Shown one piece after another: positions 9,186-18,198 of a stretch of 48,907 nucleotides of DNA. Position 1 is the first letter of the stretch, and each line of letters starts with the position of its first letter. Both the position numbers and the translations under genes were made by a program. Under the pieces are notes generated by a model that saw only the letters and a list, made by a program, of their open reading frames with translations, ran no database searches and had not been told where the DNA came from. Source of the stretch: Spirochaetales bacterium (GTDB lineage Bacteria > Spirochaetota > GWE2-31-10); contig JAFLVQ010000002.1 in NCBI GenBank assembly GCA_022508205.1, positions 1 through 48,907 of the forward strand. The letters run 5' to 3'.

Positions 9186-9884
9186 ATGAGACTGAAACCA
9201 TTTTTGATTTTTATTTTATTTGCTTTGGGCGGTGTACTTTTTGCAAACGAAACGGAAGCCCCGCAATTGTCGGATGAAAATTCCGAAAATCCGACGGAAA
9301 CGAACCTTGAAGATGAACTGCTTTCCGTGAAATCCACATCGACTTTTGACGCACGTTTTGATTCGCCTGCAAAAAAATTCTACTTTTACAAAGGTTCGAC
9401 TGCTATTACCGAAAAAGAATTTGAAGCTATTGTCGATGATCCGGCGCTTGCCGAAAACAGGAGAAAACTGCGCCAAACAAAAATTGCCGGTTTTGCGACT
9501 GTAGGAATTTTAGGCGGATTGGGCGTTTGCTTTATGATTCCGTCGCTTGTATTTATTATCAGTCAGGCAAACAACGACACTTGGAGCAAAAAAGGGTACA
9601 AAACGTGGCTGGCTTTTTATAACAGTGAATACACATACGTTTTTCTGCCGGGCTTAATCTGTATTGTTCTTACGGGAGTATTTGTGGTATCTACGCTGTT
9701 TGCGCTGGCATTTACGCTTTATGGTATTCATAAATATTCCAATAATGAAACTTTGTATCAGGCCGTGATAAAGCGATACAATCTGAAAATGCAGCAAAAG
9801 TATCAGCTTCAGCCGAATTTCGATATAAAAGTCGATGAAGAAAATAATGAATCGCTGGAAGTATCGTTCAGAATGAAGCTGTAA
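9186..9884 (+). CDS. Membrane protein, hypothetical (signal/anchor plus two C-terminal TM helices)
   Basis: The ORF track starts at TTG 9174. The first ATG is at 9186 and gives MRLKPFLIFILFALGGVLFANE. Hydrophobic helices occur at GFATVGILGGLGVCFMIPSLVFII and VFLPGLICIVLTGVFVVSTLFALAF. It abuts the previous gene. Confidence 0.65.
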   Translation: MRLKPFLIFILFALGGVLFANETEAPQLSDENSENPTETNLEDELLSVKSTSTFDARFDSPAKKFYFYKGSTAITEKEFEAIVDDPALAENRRKLRQTKIAGFATVGILGGLGVCFMIPSLVFIISQANNDTWSKKGYKTWLAFYNSEYTYVFLPGLICIVLTGVFVVSTLFALAFTLYGIHKYSNNETLYQAVIKRYNLKMQQKYQLQPNFDIKVDEENNESLEVSFRMKL

Positions 9885-9896
9885 TGCAAGGGAATC

Positions 9897-9927
9897 AAAC
9901 AGGTTTAGTTTTACTAAACCTGTTTTT
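9897..9927 (+). terminator. Rho-independent terminator
   Basis: A 13-bp perfect stem aaacaggtttagt / actaaacctgttt with a 3-nt loop, running into a T-stretch. It begins 13 nt after the stop at 9884. Confidence 0.65.
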
Positions 9928-9984
9928 GTTATGGGATTATTCATTTTTCCCGTTTTGCAGTGCTCCGGAAAGTACCGAAAAAAA

Positions 9985-10407
9985 TCAATCGTCGATTTTT
10001 TCTTTCAGAAAATTTCCCTCGTACGAGAAAAGCAATTCGCGGTTGTTTTGCAGTTTAATTTCCCAGCTGCTTCTTTTTGCCTCGATTTCGATAATTTTGA
10101 TATTCGGATAAGATTCTTTGATATACTCGGCAGCTTTGCTCGGAATAAGCGAATCGGGAAGTCCATTGTAATTTTTAATGTCTTCCCAGCGACCGTTTTT
10201 CTCAAATTCAATTTCGGTTCCGTCGCTTAAACAGACATCGAATTCCTTATGCTGCTCCGTTTTGGCCGAAACAATCGAAACATCGGGGAAATTTTGTTGA
10301 ATAAAATTTTTAATGCTTTGCGGAAGTTTTGCGGAAGAAATAGGCCTGTCGGCATAAGCTGCCGCTGTCATAATCATAACAATACAAAGAATTGAAAACC
10401 TTTTCAT
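9985..10407 (-). CDS. PepSY-like (beta-lactamase-inhibitor-like, DUF2874-type) secreted protein
   Basis: This is a 140-aa ORF with a signal peptide followed by two repeats of the pattern LP..I..FI...FP...I...........L..G.E.EF...G.W, which is characteristic of the PepSY-like family. AAGGAG lies upstream. Confidence 0.65.
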   Translation of the reverse strand: MKRFSILCIVMIMTAAAYADRPISSAKLPQSIKNFIQQNFPDVSIVSAKTEQHKEFDVCLSDGTEIEFEKNGRWEDIKNYNGLPDSLIPSKAAEYIKESYPNIKIIEIEAKRSSWEIKLQNNRELLFSYEGNFLKEKIDD

Positions 10408-10502
10408 ACTTTTGACTCCTTAGTTTGATGTTGGTTAAATACTTCGGAATATGTAGTAGAATTTTAATTTATTTTACAAATCTTTACGGAAATCTGTGGC
10501 TG

Positions 10503-10541
10503 TAAAATAAAAATACGCCGAAATACGAATGTACTTCGGCG
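10503..10541 (-). terminator. Rho-independent terminator after the GH13 gene
   Basis: The minus-strand transcript folds as CGCCGAA-(loop)-TTCGGCG, followed by TATTTTTATTTT. It begins 17 nt after the stop at 10558. Confidence 0.6.
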
Positions 10542-10557
10542 CGGTTTCGGAGGTGTT

Positions 10558-13500
10558 TTAATCTTTCAAAATAAACATTGCGGACAAAGCCGGAACGCTG
10601 ACAGTTGCCGATGTTTTTGTTTTGGTCATTAAATCTGTTCCGGAGCTGCCCACATTGTAGCTTATCGATGAATTGGAATAATTTACAAGGTAGACGATAG
10701 TCTGCTCGCTTGTGGATTTTTGCGCTGCGAAAAATGTACTGCTTGACGACTGCAAGCTGCTGTATGTTCCGTTCCATAAAGCTTCATTTTCGTCTCTCAT
10801 AGTCATCAGCTTAGCTACGTAATCATGCAAATCTTGTTCATCGGCAGTGAAACCCGAAATTTTGCCTGAAGTCCTGGCGGCATTATCCGAGCTTGATGAT
10901 ATATCGCTTTTGTCTCCGTATTCATCACCGTAATAAACAGTGATAGGTCCGGTGTAAGCTGCCAATGTCGAAAGCGCAACCTTATGGCGTTTCCAGTAAT
11001 CATTGCTGCCGTATTTCCAAGTGACCAAATCTCCGAAACGAACCAAATCGTGGTTTGTGATGAATAAGTTCGGCAGATAACCGCTTGCTCTTTCGTCGTT
11101 ACTTGGGTGATAGTACCCTTTGGCCGAAGCACTTTTCATTACGTAATCGAGATTTGAAAGCGACAGTCCGGATTTTTCTTTGGATTCTTCCATTGCAAAC
11201 ATTTGAACAAGTTTATAGCGGCTTGGAAAATCAAAGCATGAACGAAGTCCGTATCCTGCTGCGCTTCCCTTTTCTACGGAGAATTTTTGAATTATCGGCG
11301 GATTGGAATCGTCACCGTTCCAATGTTCGCCTACCATATAACCCAAACTTCCCCAGTCGGTTCCCGGCGTTCCGTTGGCATTGGCTGCTTTTTCTACGGC
11401 ATCGCGAATTTCATACCAGTAATTATGACCGTTTGTATAGCTGTCGTCACCTAAGCTGCTATTGCCCAAACCTACTTGATAGCATTGATCCAGCCGCCAG
11501 CCGTCGATTTTGTAATTTTTAATCCAGTATGTTGCCACTTCTTTGAAGAATTCGAGTGTGCAGTCATTTTTTCCGGGATAATCGCACGCGCGGTATTGAC
11601 CGTTGCTTCTTTGCGGAGTAATTCCGTTCGGCGAAGCTTTGCAGCCTAAATCGCTCCAATGCCCGAAAACTCCGTCAAGGATTATATACATATTTCGGTT
11701 GTGACATTCTTCTACAAGTTTTCTGAAATCATCCGACGTTCCGAAATGCGGATCGATACTGAAATAATCATAAGCATAGTAGCCCGTAGCCGCAAGCTGA
11801 GTATTTGCGTTTGTATCGAATATCGGTGTCAGCCACAGGGCGTTCATTCCCAAACCTTTTATGTAATCCAATGCATTGATGATTCCCTTAATATCGCCGT
11901 TGTGCTTACTCGGCCCGTACCCTTGAAAGAATCCCAATGAAGCATCTCCGCTTTGAAAACTTTCCACCATTACTTGATAAATTCTCAATTCGTTGAATTT
12001 TCCCGTAAGTTTCGGGTTGGCAATCTTCAGGTTTGCCGTTGCCGAGTTATTGCTGCCCAAACGGTTTTCTGCGTTGGCAGATATTGTTATAAAGGCACCT
12101 TCGGTCGTTGTGAAGTCCGATACTCTGAATTCATTTTTGCCGCGTCGCAGATTGTAAGATTTTCCGTTGATTCTTGCCGCTGCACTTGTGAGTACGGTGT
12201 CACTTTCGATTGTAATCGAAAATGTTTTTGATGATGCGATACTGCCGTTTTGAGGGGAAATCGTAATTGTCAGAGCTGTCGATGTTGGATTGGGACACTG
12301 AAATGATTTTTCCGAAATTTCCGACGGCGTGAAATTTTTCCCAAAGGCTTTTGCTTTTACGATGATGTCTTTGCGGTTGTAATCTATCGAAAACGGAGCA
12401 ACATATTTTAAAGTAGATTCGTTTGGGTCGCTGTCATCGATTGTATAATAAATAGTTGCGCTGCCGTTGCCGCACGTAAGCGTAACAGTCGAATTGGTTT
12501 CGTCGATTTGTACCGTCGGCAATTTCTCTTTTTCTGTCTGCTGCAATGTAAATGTTTCGCTTACAATATCGGAGACTGCCGAACCGCGATAAGCAATTGC
12601 TTTTACGGTTGTGGTATTGTAAATAGTGAATGGTTCCGTATATTTTGTACTTTCCCGTGTCGGATTTTCGAGATTTGTCGTGTAGTAAATATCGCTGTCG
12701 TTTTCGCATGTGATTGTAATTTTTTGCTCCGAGCTGAAAGTGCAGCTTTTCGGTGAGATTACGGGCGCATTGGTTTTGCTGCTGCTTACGGAGAACTGCA
12801 CAGTTAGGATTTCCGAATTTTCGAGGTTATCGGCAATTCCCAGTGCTTTTACGGTTACGAAAGAATCTTTTTCGGTAAGTGTAAATCCCGAAGTGTATAA
12901 AGTTGATGATGAAGATGGCTGCGAGCCGTCTGTTGTATAGTAAATTCGCACATTTTCGGTTTCGCATGATATTGATATTTCGTCATTCGGAGAAATTATA
13001 CTGCCTGCGGAAAAATTGAATGATAACGGAGTGACTTTTGTCTGTTCGGGCGTGAGGGTTCTTTCGGCATTTTTTTCGGAAACAAAAACAGTTGCCGAAT
13101 CTTTGAAATACACCGTTTCGGTTTTATCCATGAAGTAAAAAGAGAAATGGTAATTTCCTTCTTCCGCTATTTGATCGAAAATAATCGGTTCGCCTTTTAT
13201 ATAGGCTAAGTAATATTCTCTACTGGTTTCGGCAATGTTGATTTTTACCTTCGTTATGATTGAAGGAAGCGCAATTTTTTCATCAATTGTAAATATTGCA
13301 GCTGCTTTTATCGGCTCTATTTGAAGTACTATTTCGTCTGCGCCCGATACGGACATTTCCTTTTCGGCTTTTCCTATAATCTTGCCGTTAGTATCATAAG
13401 CAAATGCGTAAAAAATATAATTGCCGGCATCGACGGTGAATGTATAAATTGTACTTACCGCTTCACGTGAAGTAACTTCCGTTCCGTCAATATTTTTTAT

Positions 13501-13662
13501 TCCGACTTTATATTTTTTTACGGTTATCTCGGGAGCTGGCTCTATGCTAACGGTAATTGATGTGCGCTTTTTTGCTGTTGTCGGCTTTTCGGTTACGGTA
13601 CACGATATTATCCCGATTAGTAACAAACAGAATAATAAAAAGTTTTGCAGATATTTTGCCAT
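10558..13662 (-). CDS. GH13 alpha-amylase-family lipoprotein with N-terminal Ig-like region and three CHB_HEX_C-like modules
   Basis: GH13 regions are visible: GMNALWLTPIF, ILDGVFGHW (region I), GWRLDQ (II), GEHW (III) and FITNHD (IV). Three tandem modules read ..I.C.....IYYT.D.S.P......Y...F. The start was chosen at ATG 13662 (MAKYLQNFLLFCLLLIGIISC, lipobox) behind GGAG. ATG 13674 is an alternative, and the ORF track extends to 13707. Confidence 0.85.
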   Translation of the reverse strand: MAKYLQNFLLFCLLLIGIISCTVTEKPTTAKKRTSITVSIEPAPEITVKKYKVGIKNIDGTEVTSREAVSTIYTFTVDAGNYIFYAFAYDTNGKIIGKAEKEMSVSGADEIVLQIEPIKAAAIFTIDEKIALPSIITKVKINIAETSREYYLAYIKGEPIIFDQIAEEGNYHFSFYFMDKTETVYFKDSATVFVSEKNAERTLTPEQTKVTPLSFNFSAGSIISPNDEISISCETENVRIYYTTDGSQPSSSSTLYTSGFTLTEKDSFVTVKALGIADNLENSEILTVQFSVSSSKTNAPVISPKSCTFSSEQKITITCENDSDIYYTTNLENPTRESTKYTEPFTIYNTTTVKAIAYRGSAVSDIVSETFTLQQTEKEKLPTVQIDETNSTVTLTCGNGSATIYYTIDDSDPNESTLKYVAPFSIDYNRKDIIVKAKAFGKNFTPSEISEKSFQCPNPTSTALTITISPQNGSIASSKTFSITIESDTVLTSAAARINGKSYNLRRGKNEFRVSDFTTTEGAFITISANAENRLGSNNSATANLKIANPKLTGKFNELRIYQVMVESFQSGDASLGFFQGYGPSKHNGDIKGIINALDYIKGLGMNALWLTPIFDTNANTQLAATGYYAYDYFSIDPHFGTSDDFRKLVEECHNRNMYIILDGVFGHWSDLGCKASPNGITPQRSNGQYRACDYPGKNDCTLEFFKEVATYWIKNYKIDGWRLDQCYQVGLGNSSLGDDSYTNGHNYWYEIRDAVEKAANANGTPGTDWGSLGYMVGEHWNGDDSNPPIIQKFSVEKGSAAGYGLRSCFDFPSRYKLVQMFAMEESKEKSGLSLSNLDYVMKSASAKGYYHPSNDERASGYLPNLFITNHDLVRFGDLVTWKYGSNDYWKRHKVALSTLAAYTGPITVYYGDEYGDKSDISSSSDNAARTSGKISGFTADEQDLHDYVAKLMTMRDENEALWNGTYSSLQSSSSTFFAAQKSTSEQTIVYLVNYSNSSISYNVGSSGTDLMTKTKTSATVSVPALSAMFILKD

Positions 13663-13728
13663 TCTTTGCTCCATCTTATTTTTATTTGTGAAATAAATAT
13701 GGAGCAAGTACAGTACCGCCGAAATATT

Positions 13729-15300
13729 TCAGGTAGTTTTCATCAATTTCAAAAATTCTTCTTTTGAGCTGTTGTTCAGACAAATATAAGCTCGGCTTTT
13801 GCCGCTTATGGCAGGTGACAGACGCAGCAGCTGAAAAACCTTTTCGTTTGTATTTGCATCCGATATTAAAATTGTATTTATTTCTTTGTCTTTTCCGGAA
13901 GAAAGCAGAATATTCGCAGCTGTTTCTATTACGGAAGTGCTTGTCTCTGCAGAGGGGGTGAAAATTTTCGATAAATTATTTATTTGAACTTTCTCTTTCT
14001 TCTCTTTGCCGCTCATATTCTTAATTTCTCTTCGGGTAAAAAGCTGATTTAATATTCGTATGATGAAATTGGCGTTTTTTGTTTGTTCGTTGATGAAACC
14101 GGTAAGCAAAGTATCTATTTTCGAGCTGCTCATTAATGTTGTAATTCTTTTTATTGCTTCGCTGTACGATGCGTGATTCTGGTCTTGTTTATCTTTGATT
14201 ATAATTTCTTCGAGAAAGCGCAGCAAAGAAATATCTTTCGATGCAATTACAGCCTGGCAGATTTCTTCTTTTTTCGGTTTGTACAAAATATATTGCTTCG
14301 GAGATTCTTCAAATGAATCCTGCTCTCTTATCGAGTAACTTTCAATCAGCATATTTTTCAGAATATTTCTTATCGCATCGATTTTTCTGGGAGTGAGAAT
14401 AAAGTATTTTTTGTCGTTTTCGGTAACGGAAAGTTTGTTGTTTTGAACCTGCAGATTGTAGGAAAGTCCGTTTACGGTTTTTGCATACTCGGTTTGCTGC
14501 TCCAATTTTGTCGCTGAGAACAAAAAAAAGCAGCTTTTGTCCGAAAAAAAGTTTATTGCGTCCTCTTTTGTTGCGACAACATCCATTTTCAGTTTAATGT
14601 ATTTTGTCAGTAAATCCCAAATCTCGTCACTTTTCGGAAATGTTTTGCGTTTTATATCGAAATAAAATGTTTCCTCCTCGATTGCTTTGTACAAAAGAGC
14701 TTTTTTCTCCGCTTCGATTCGCTCTTGTTCTTCGGTTTCCGAGATTGTGCTTGCTATCAAAGAAAGAAAATAATTATGCCAATCGTGCATATATTTGCGG
14801 AATAAATCGAGATATGAAAAATCAACTTCATGAACTTGGTACGGTTTTGTATTTTCCAAAGTAGTTTCCATTTCATCTATAATGCTTTTGGCATCTTTAT
14901 TTGGGTTGGCTTTCAAATATTCCTGAATCTTTTTTTTGTTGTTGTCGTCGATTTCTTTCTCGTAAGTATCGAGTATTTCTTTTGTAATGCTAAAACTGCC
15001 TAAGATACTTATATATTTTGGGTTTTTTTCCAGCAGTTTTTGAATTTCATATATTGCGGTTTCTTTGAGTATTAGAATGAAATTGAATGATTTTCTGTCG
15101 AAATTTTTTATTCTGATTTTCATTCTGCAGAAGTTTAAAAACGGGTCGACAAGATTGGGAAATATGTCTTCATGCAGTTCTGCCAATTTCGGAGCCGAAT
15201 AAATTGCGTCAAGCGATATTTGACCGTTTTTCCACATCATTTTTTTGAAAGCGTCGGAGATCAAGGTAGATTCATATAAAAGTCTTTCGATTTGGGTCAT
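13729..15300 (-). CDS. Hypothetical cytoplasmic protein, 523 aa, no recognised domain
   Basis: A long uninterrupted ORF lying 95 nt downstream of mutS on the same strand. It is K/E/I-rich and probably helical, with no signal peptide and no motif I can name. Confidence 0.7.
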   Translation of the reverse strand: MTQIERLLYESTLISDAFKKMMWKNGQISLDAIYSAPKLAELHEDIFPNLVDPFLNFCRMKIRIKNFDRKSFNFILILKETAIYEIQKLLEKNPKYISILGSFSITKEILDTYEKEIDDNNKKKIQEYLKANPNKDAKSIIDEMETTLENTKPYQVHEVDFSYLDLFRKYMHDWHNYFLSLIASTISETEEQERIEAEKKALLYKAIEEETFYFDIKRKTFPKSDEIWDLLTKYIKLKMDVVATKEDAINFFSDKSCFFLFSATKLEQQTEYAKTVNGLSYNLQVQNNKLSVTENDKKYFILTPRKIDAIRNILKNMLIESYSIREQDSFEESPKQYILYKPKKEEICQAVIASKDISLLRFLEEIIIKDKQDQNHASYSEAIKRITTLMSSSKIDTLLTGFINEQTKNANFIIRILNQLFTRREIKNMSGKEKKEKVQINNLSKIFTPSAETSTSVIETAANILLSSGKDKEINTILISDANTNEKVFQLLRLSPAISGKSRAYICLNNSSKEEFLKLMKTT

Positions 15301-15395
15301 ATTTCTCTCTCTGGGAATAAGAAGTTACTTTTTGTCTTCTGTTATTTATAGCTTTAATTTTCATTTTTGATAATGAAAGTTTTCACAAAAAATTA

Positions 15396-18038
15396 TTATT
15401 TGTTTTTTTTGGCTTTCTTTTGTAAATCATAAAGCAAAGTCAACGCTTGAATTGGAGTTACTCTGTCCAAATCAAGAAATTTTACGGCATTGCAGATCTC
15501 TTTCGATGCGTTATCTTCCTTATAATTTTCATGAAAATCGAACAAATTGTCTTGATATGCTTCTGTTTCGCGGCTGCCTTGCATTGTGTTTTTGTTGTTA
15601 TCATTTTGTTCAAGTTTTTCCAATAAGGTTTTTGCGTATATTACGATTGAATCCGGCATTCCGGCAAGTTCCGCAACATGTATCCCGTAGCTTTTTTGTG
15701 CTGCTTCGGGAATTATTTTGTGCAGAAAAGTAAAACTTGTGCCGTCTTCTTTAATCGCTACCGAGTAATTTTTGATTCCTTCCTTTTTATCAAGCTGTGT
15801 CAATTCGTGGTAATGTGTGGCAAATAATGTTTTTGCACCTAAAATGCGTTTGTCGTGGATGTAGTCGAGAATTGCCCATGCAATAGCCAAACCGTCGTAT
15901 GTACTTGTTCCGCGCCCGATTTCATCCATAATTATAAGACTTCGCCCAGTAGCATACTTTAAAATATTGGCGGTTTCCTGCATTTCCACAAAGAAAGTAG
16001 ATTGTCCGCGCGCCAAGTTGTCGGATGTTCCTATGCGGGTAAAAATTCTGTCTACGACTCCGATGGTTGCCGATGTCGCCGGAACAAAGCAGCCAATCTG
16101 CGCCATTAAAATAATCAGTGCGTTTTGTCGTAAATACGTAGATTTTCCTGCCATATTCGGTCCGGTGATTATCATTAAATAATTATCTTCGGTAATTTTC
16201 GTATCATTCGGAATAAAATCATTGTAATCCATTTTTGTTTCCACTACGGGGTGACGTCCGCCGATGATTTCCAAATCAAAGCAGTCGGTTATGTTTGGTC
16301 GCACATATTCTCGTTCCCGAGAATTTTTTGCGAATGCCAGCAGTACATCGAGTTTGGAAATCACTTCCGCGTTTTCCTGAATTTGAACAAGCGATTTCAA
16401 CAGAATTTCCTTTGTTTCGATAAAAATAGTTTGTTCGATTTCATTGATTCGCTCCCGCGCGGTAAGAACTTTCGATTCATATTCAGACAATTCTTTATTG
16501 GTATAACGGCAGGAATTGACCAAAGACTGACGCAGGATAAAGTCGCCGTTGAGATTTTTTGACTGTATTTTCGATATTTCAAAGAAATAGCCCAAAATTT
16601 TATTGTATTTGATGCGCAGACTCGGAACATCGAAATTTGCCCGAATTTCGGATTCTATTTTGCCGATGTATTCTTTGCTCTTTGAAGACAGCTGTTTCAG
16701 TTCGTCCAATTCTTTTGAAAAACCGTCTTTTACAATATTTCCTTCGTCAATGAATGTAGCCGGATCGTCTTTTATTCGTTCCTCCAGCAGTGCTACTGTT
16801 TCTGGCATTGCTGCGAATGTGGATAATAATTCTTTCATTTGCGTGATGTTTCCAAGCAGTTTGATAATTTTGCCGCATTCCTGCAATGAAATTTTTATGC
16901 TGATCAAATCTTTCGGAGTTGCTTTGTCCATAACCAGCCGACCGGCAAGCCGTTCCAAGTCCGCAATATTTTTTATGGAATTTTCAAGATTTGCCGCCAA
17001 ACCCGAAGTTTTTATAAAAACATCTACAATATCGAGCCTTTTTTCTATTTCTTTCGGACGGAGCAGCGGTTCCACAATCCATTTTTTTAACAATCTGCCT
17101 CCCATTGCGGTCAATGTGCAATCCATTATTTCAAACAGCGAATTGGTTGTGGTTCCGTCGTTTTGATTGCGCAGAAGCTCCAAGTGCTTGATGGTAGATT
17201 CGTCGAGCCGCATTACACTGTCACTGTTGCGGTAATGCGGCGGGCGGATATGAGATAAAAAGCCTTGAAAATTATTTTGCAAGTATTTCAATAATGCTCC
17301 GGGTACTGTCAAATCGGTCTTGAGTTCGGGCATTCCGAGCTGGCGCAGACTTTGGGCATTGAACTGCGCTAATACTATTTTCTGATTTTCTTCCGGCTGA
17401 AATTGTTCGTCACCAAAGCGGTTAATCAGAATCCCTTCTGTTTCCGAGAAAATTTCTTCTAATATCGGATAACGGCAAAGCAGTGATTCAGGGACTATTA
17501 TTTCTTTTGGCAGCAGGCGGCACATTTCTCCCCGCAATACGGAAAAGCCTGATGTTATATCCAACTCTGCCATTTCAAATTCACCGGTGGAAATGTCGAT
17601 GTATGCAATTTCAAGCCACGTGCCTTTGGTATTCAATCCAAACAGATAATTGTTGCTTTTGTTTGTCAGCTGATCTTCTTTAACTATTGTGCCGGGAGTA
17701 ATTATTTCGGTAATGCCGCGCTTTACCAGTCCTTTGGCCAGTTTCGGATTTTCAAGCTGTTCGCAGATTGCTACCTTTTTGCCGAAAGAGACAAGTTTCT
17801 TTATATAAAAATCGGCAGCGTGATATGGAACTCCGCACATCGGAATTTCATTTTGCCGTTTGGTCAGTGTGATATTGAGAAGTCTTGCTGCTTCAACGGC
17901 GTCGTTGTCGAACATCTCGTAAAAATCTCCGCAGCGGAAAAACAAGAATGCATCCGGATATTTGATTTTTAATTCTTTATGCTGCTTCATCATCGGTGTA
18001 TCGTATGATGCTTTATCGATTTCTTTTTTTTCTGACAT
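15396..18038 (-). CDS. mutS: DNA mismatch repair protein MutS
   Basis: This is an 880-aa ORF. It has the N-terminal mismatch-binding segment TPMMKQHKELKIKYPDAFLFFRCGDFYEMF, a Walker A motif GPNMAGKST, and the motifs DEIGRGTSTYDG and THYHEL. Confidence 0.97.
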   Translation of the reverse strand: MSEKKEIDKASYDTPMMKQHKELKIKYPDAFLFFRCGDFYEMFDNDAVEAARLLNITLTKRQNEIPMCGVPYHAADFYIKKLVSFGKKVAICEQLENPKLAKGLVKRGITEIITPGTIVKEDQLTNKSNNYLFGLNTKGTWLEIAYIDISTGEFEMAELDITSGFSVLRGEMCRLLPKEIIVPESLLCRYPILEEIFSETEGILINRFGDEQFQPEENQKIVLAQFNAQSLRQLGMPELKTDLTVPGALLKYLQNNFQGFLSHIRPPHYRNSDSVMRLDESTIKHLELLRNQNDGTTTNSLFEIMDCTLTAMGGRLLKKWIVEPLLRPKEIEKRLDIVDVFIKTSGLAANLENSIKNIADLERLAGRLVMDKATPKDLISIKISLQECGKIIKLLGNITQMKELLSTFAAMPETVALLEERIKDDPATFIDEGNIVKDGFSKELDELKQLSSKSKEYIGKIESEIRANFDVPSLRIKYNKILGYFFEISKIQSKNLNGDFILRQSLVNSCRYTNKELSEYESKVLTARERINEIEQTIFIETKEILLKSLVQIQENAEVISKLDVLLAFAKNSREREYVRPNITDCFDLEIIGGRHPVVETKMDYNDFIPNDTKITEDNYLMIITGPNMAGKSTYLRQNALIILMAQIGCFVPATSATIGVVDRIFTRIGTSDNLARGQSTFFVEMQETANILKYATGRSLIIMDEIGRGTSTYDGLAIAWAILDYIHDKRILGAKTLFATHYHELTQLDKKEGIKNYSVAIKEDGTSFTFLHKIIPEAAQKSYGIHVAELAGMPDSIVIYAKTLLEKLEQNDNNKNTMQGSRETEAYQDNLFDFHENYKEDNASKEICNAVKFLDLDRVTPIQALTLLYDLQKKAKKNK

Positions 18039-18127
18039 AAAATCCCTGATTTACATAGTATGTTTTTGAATTTATACACTTCGGAGCATTTATTCAAAAA
18101 AAACAGCGTATAATTTGGAAAAATTGT

Positions 18128-18155
18128 TTGAAAGATTTTTTATTTATAGTAATAT
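18128..18155 (+). promoter_or_regulatory. Candidate sigma70-type promoter for the PilZ gene
   Basis: TTGAAA (18128..18133), a 16-nt spacer, then TAATAT (18150..18155), about 45 nt upstream of the ATG at 18199. Confidence 0.35.
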
Positions 18156-18198
18156 AAGTGACTTTTTTACTATTACATAATACTAACAGGATATATTT

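Noticed and set aside
15301-15395. A terminator between mutS and the 523-aa orphan (tttcatt-tttgat-aatgaaa).
   Set aside because: The 7-bp stem is almost all A-T (a single G-C pair) and is not followed by a T-run on the transcribed strand. It is too weak to call.
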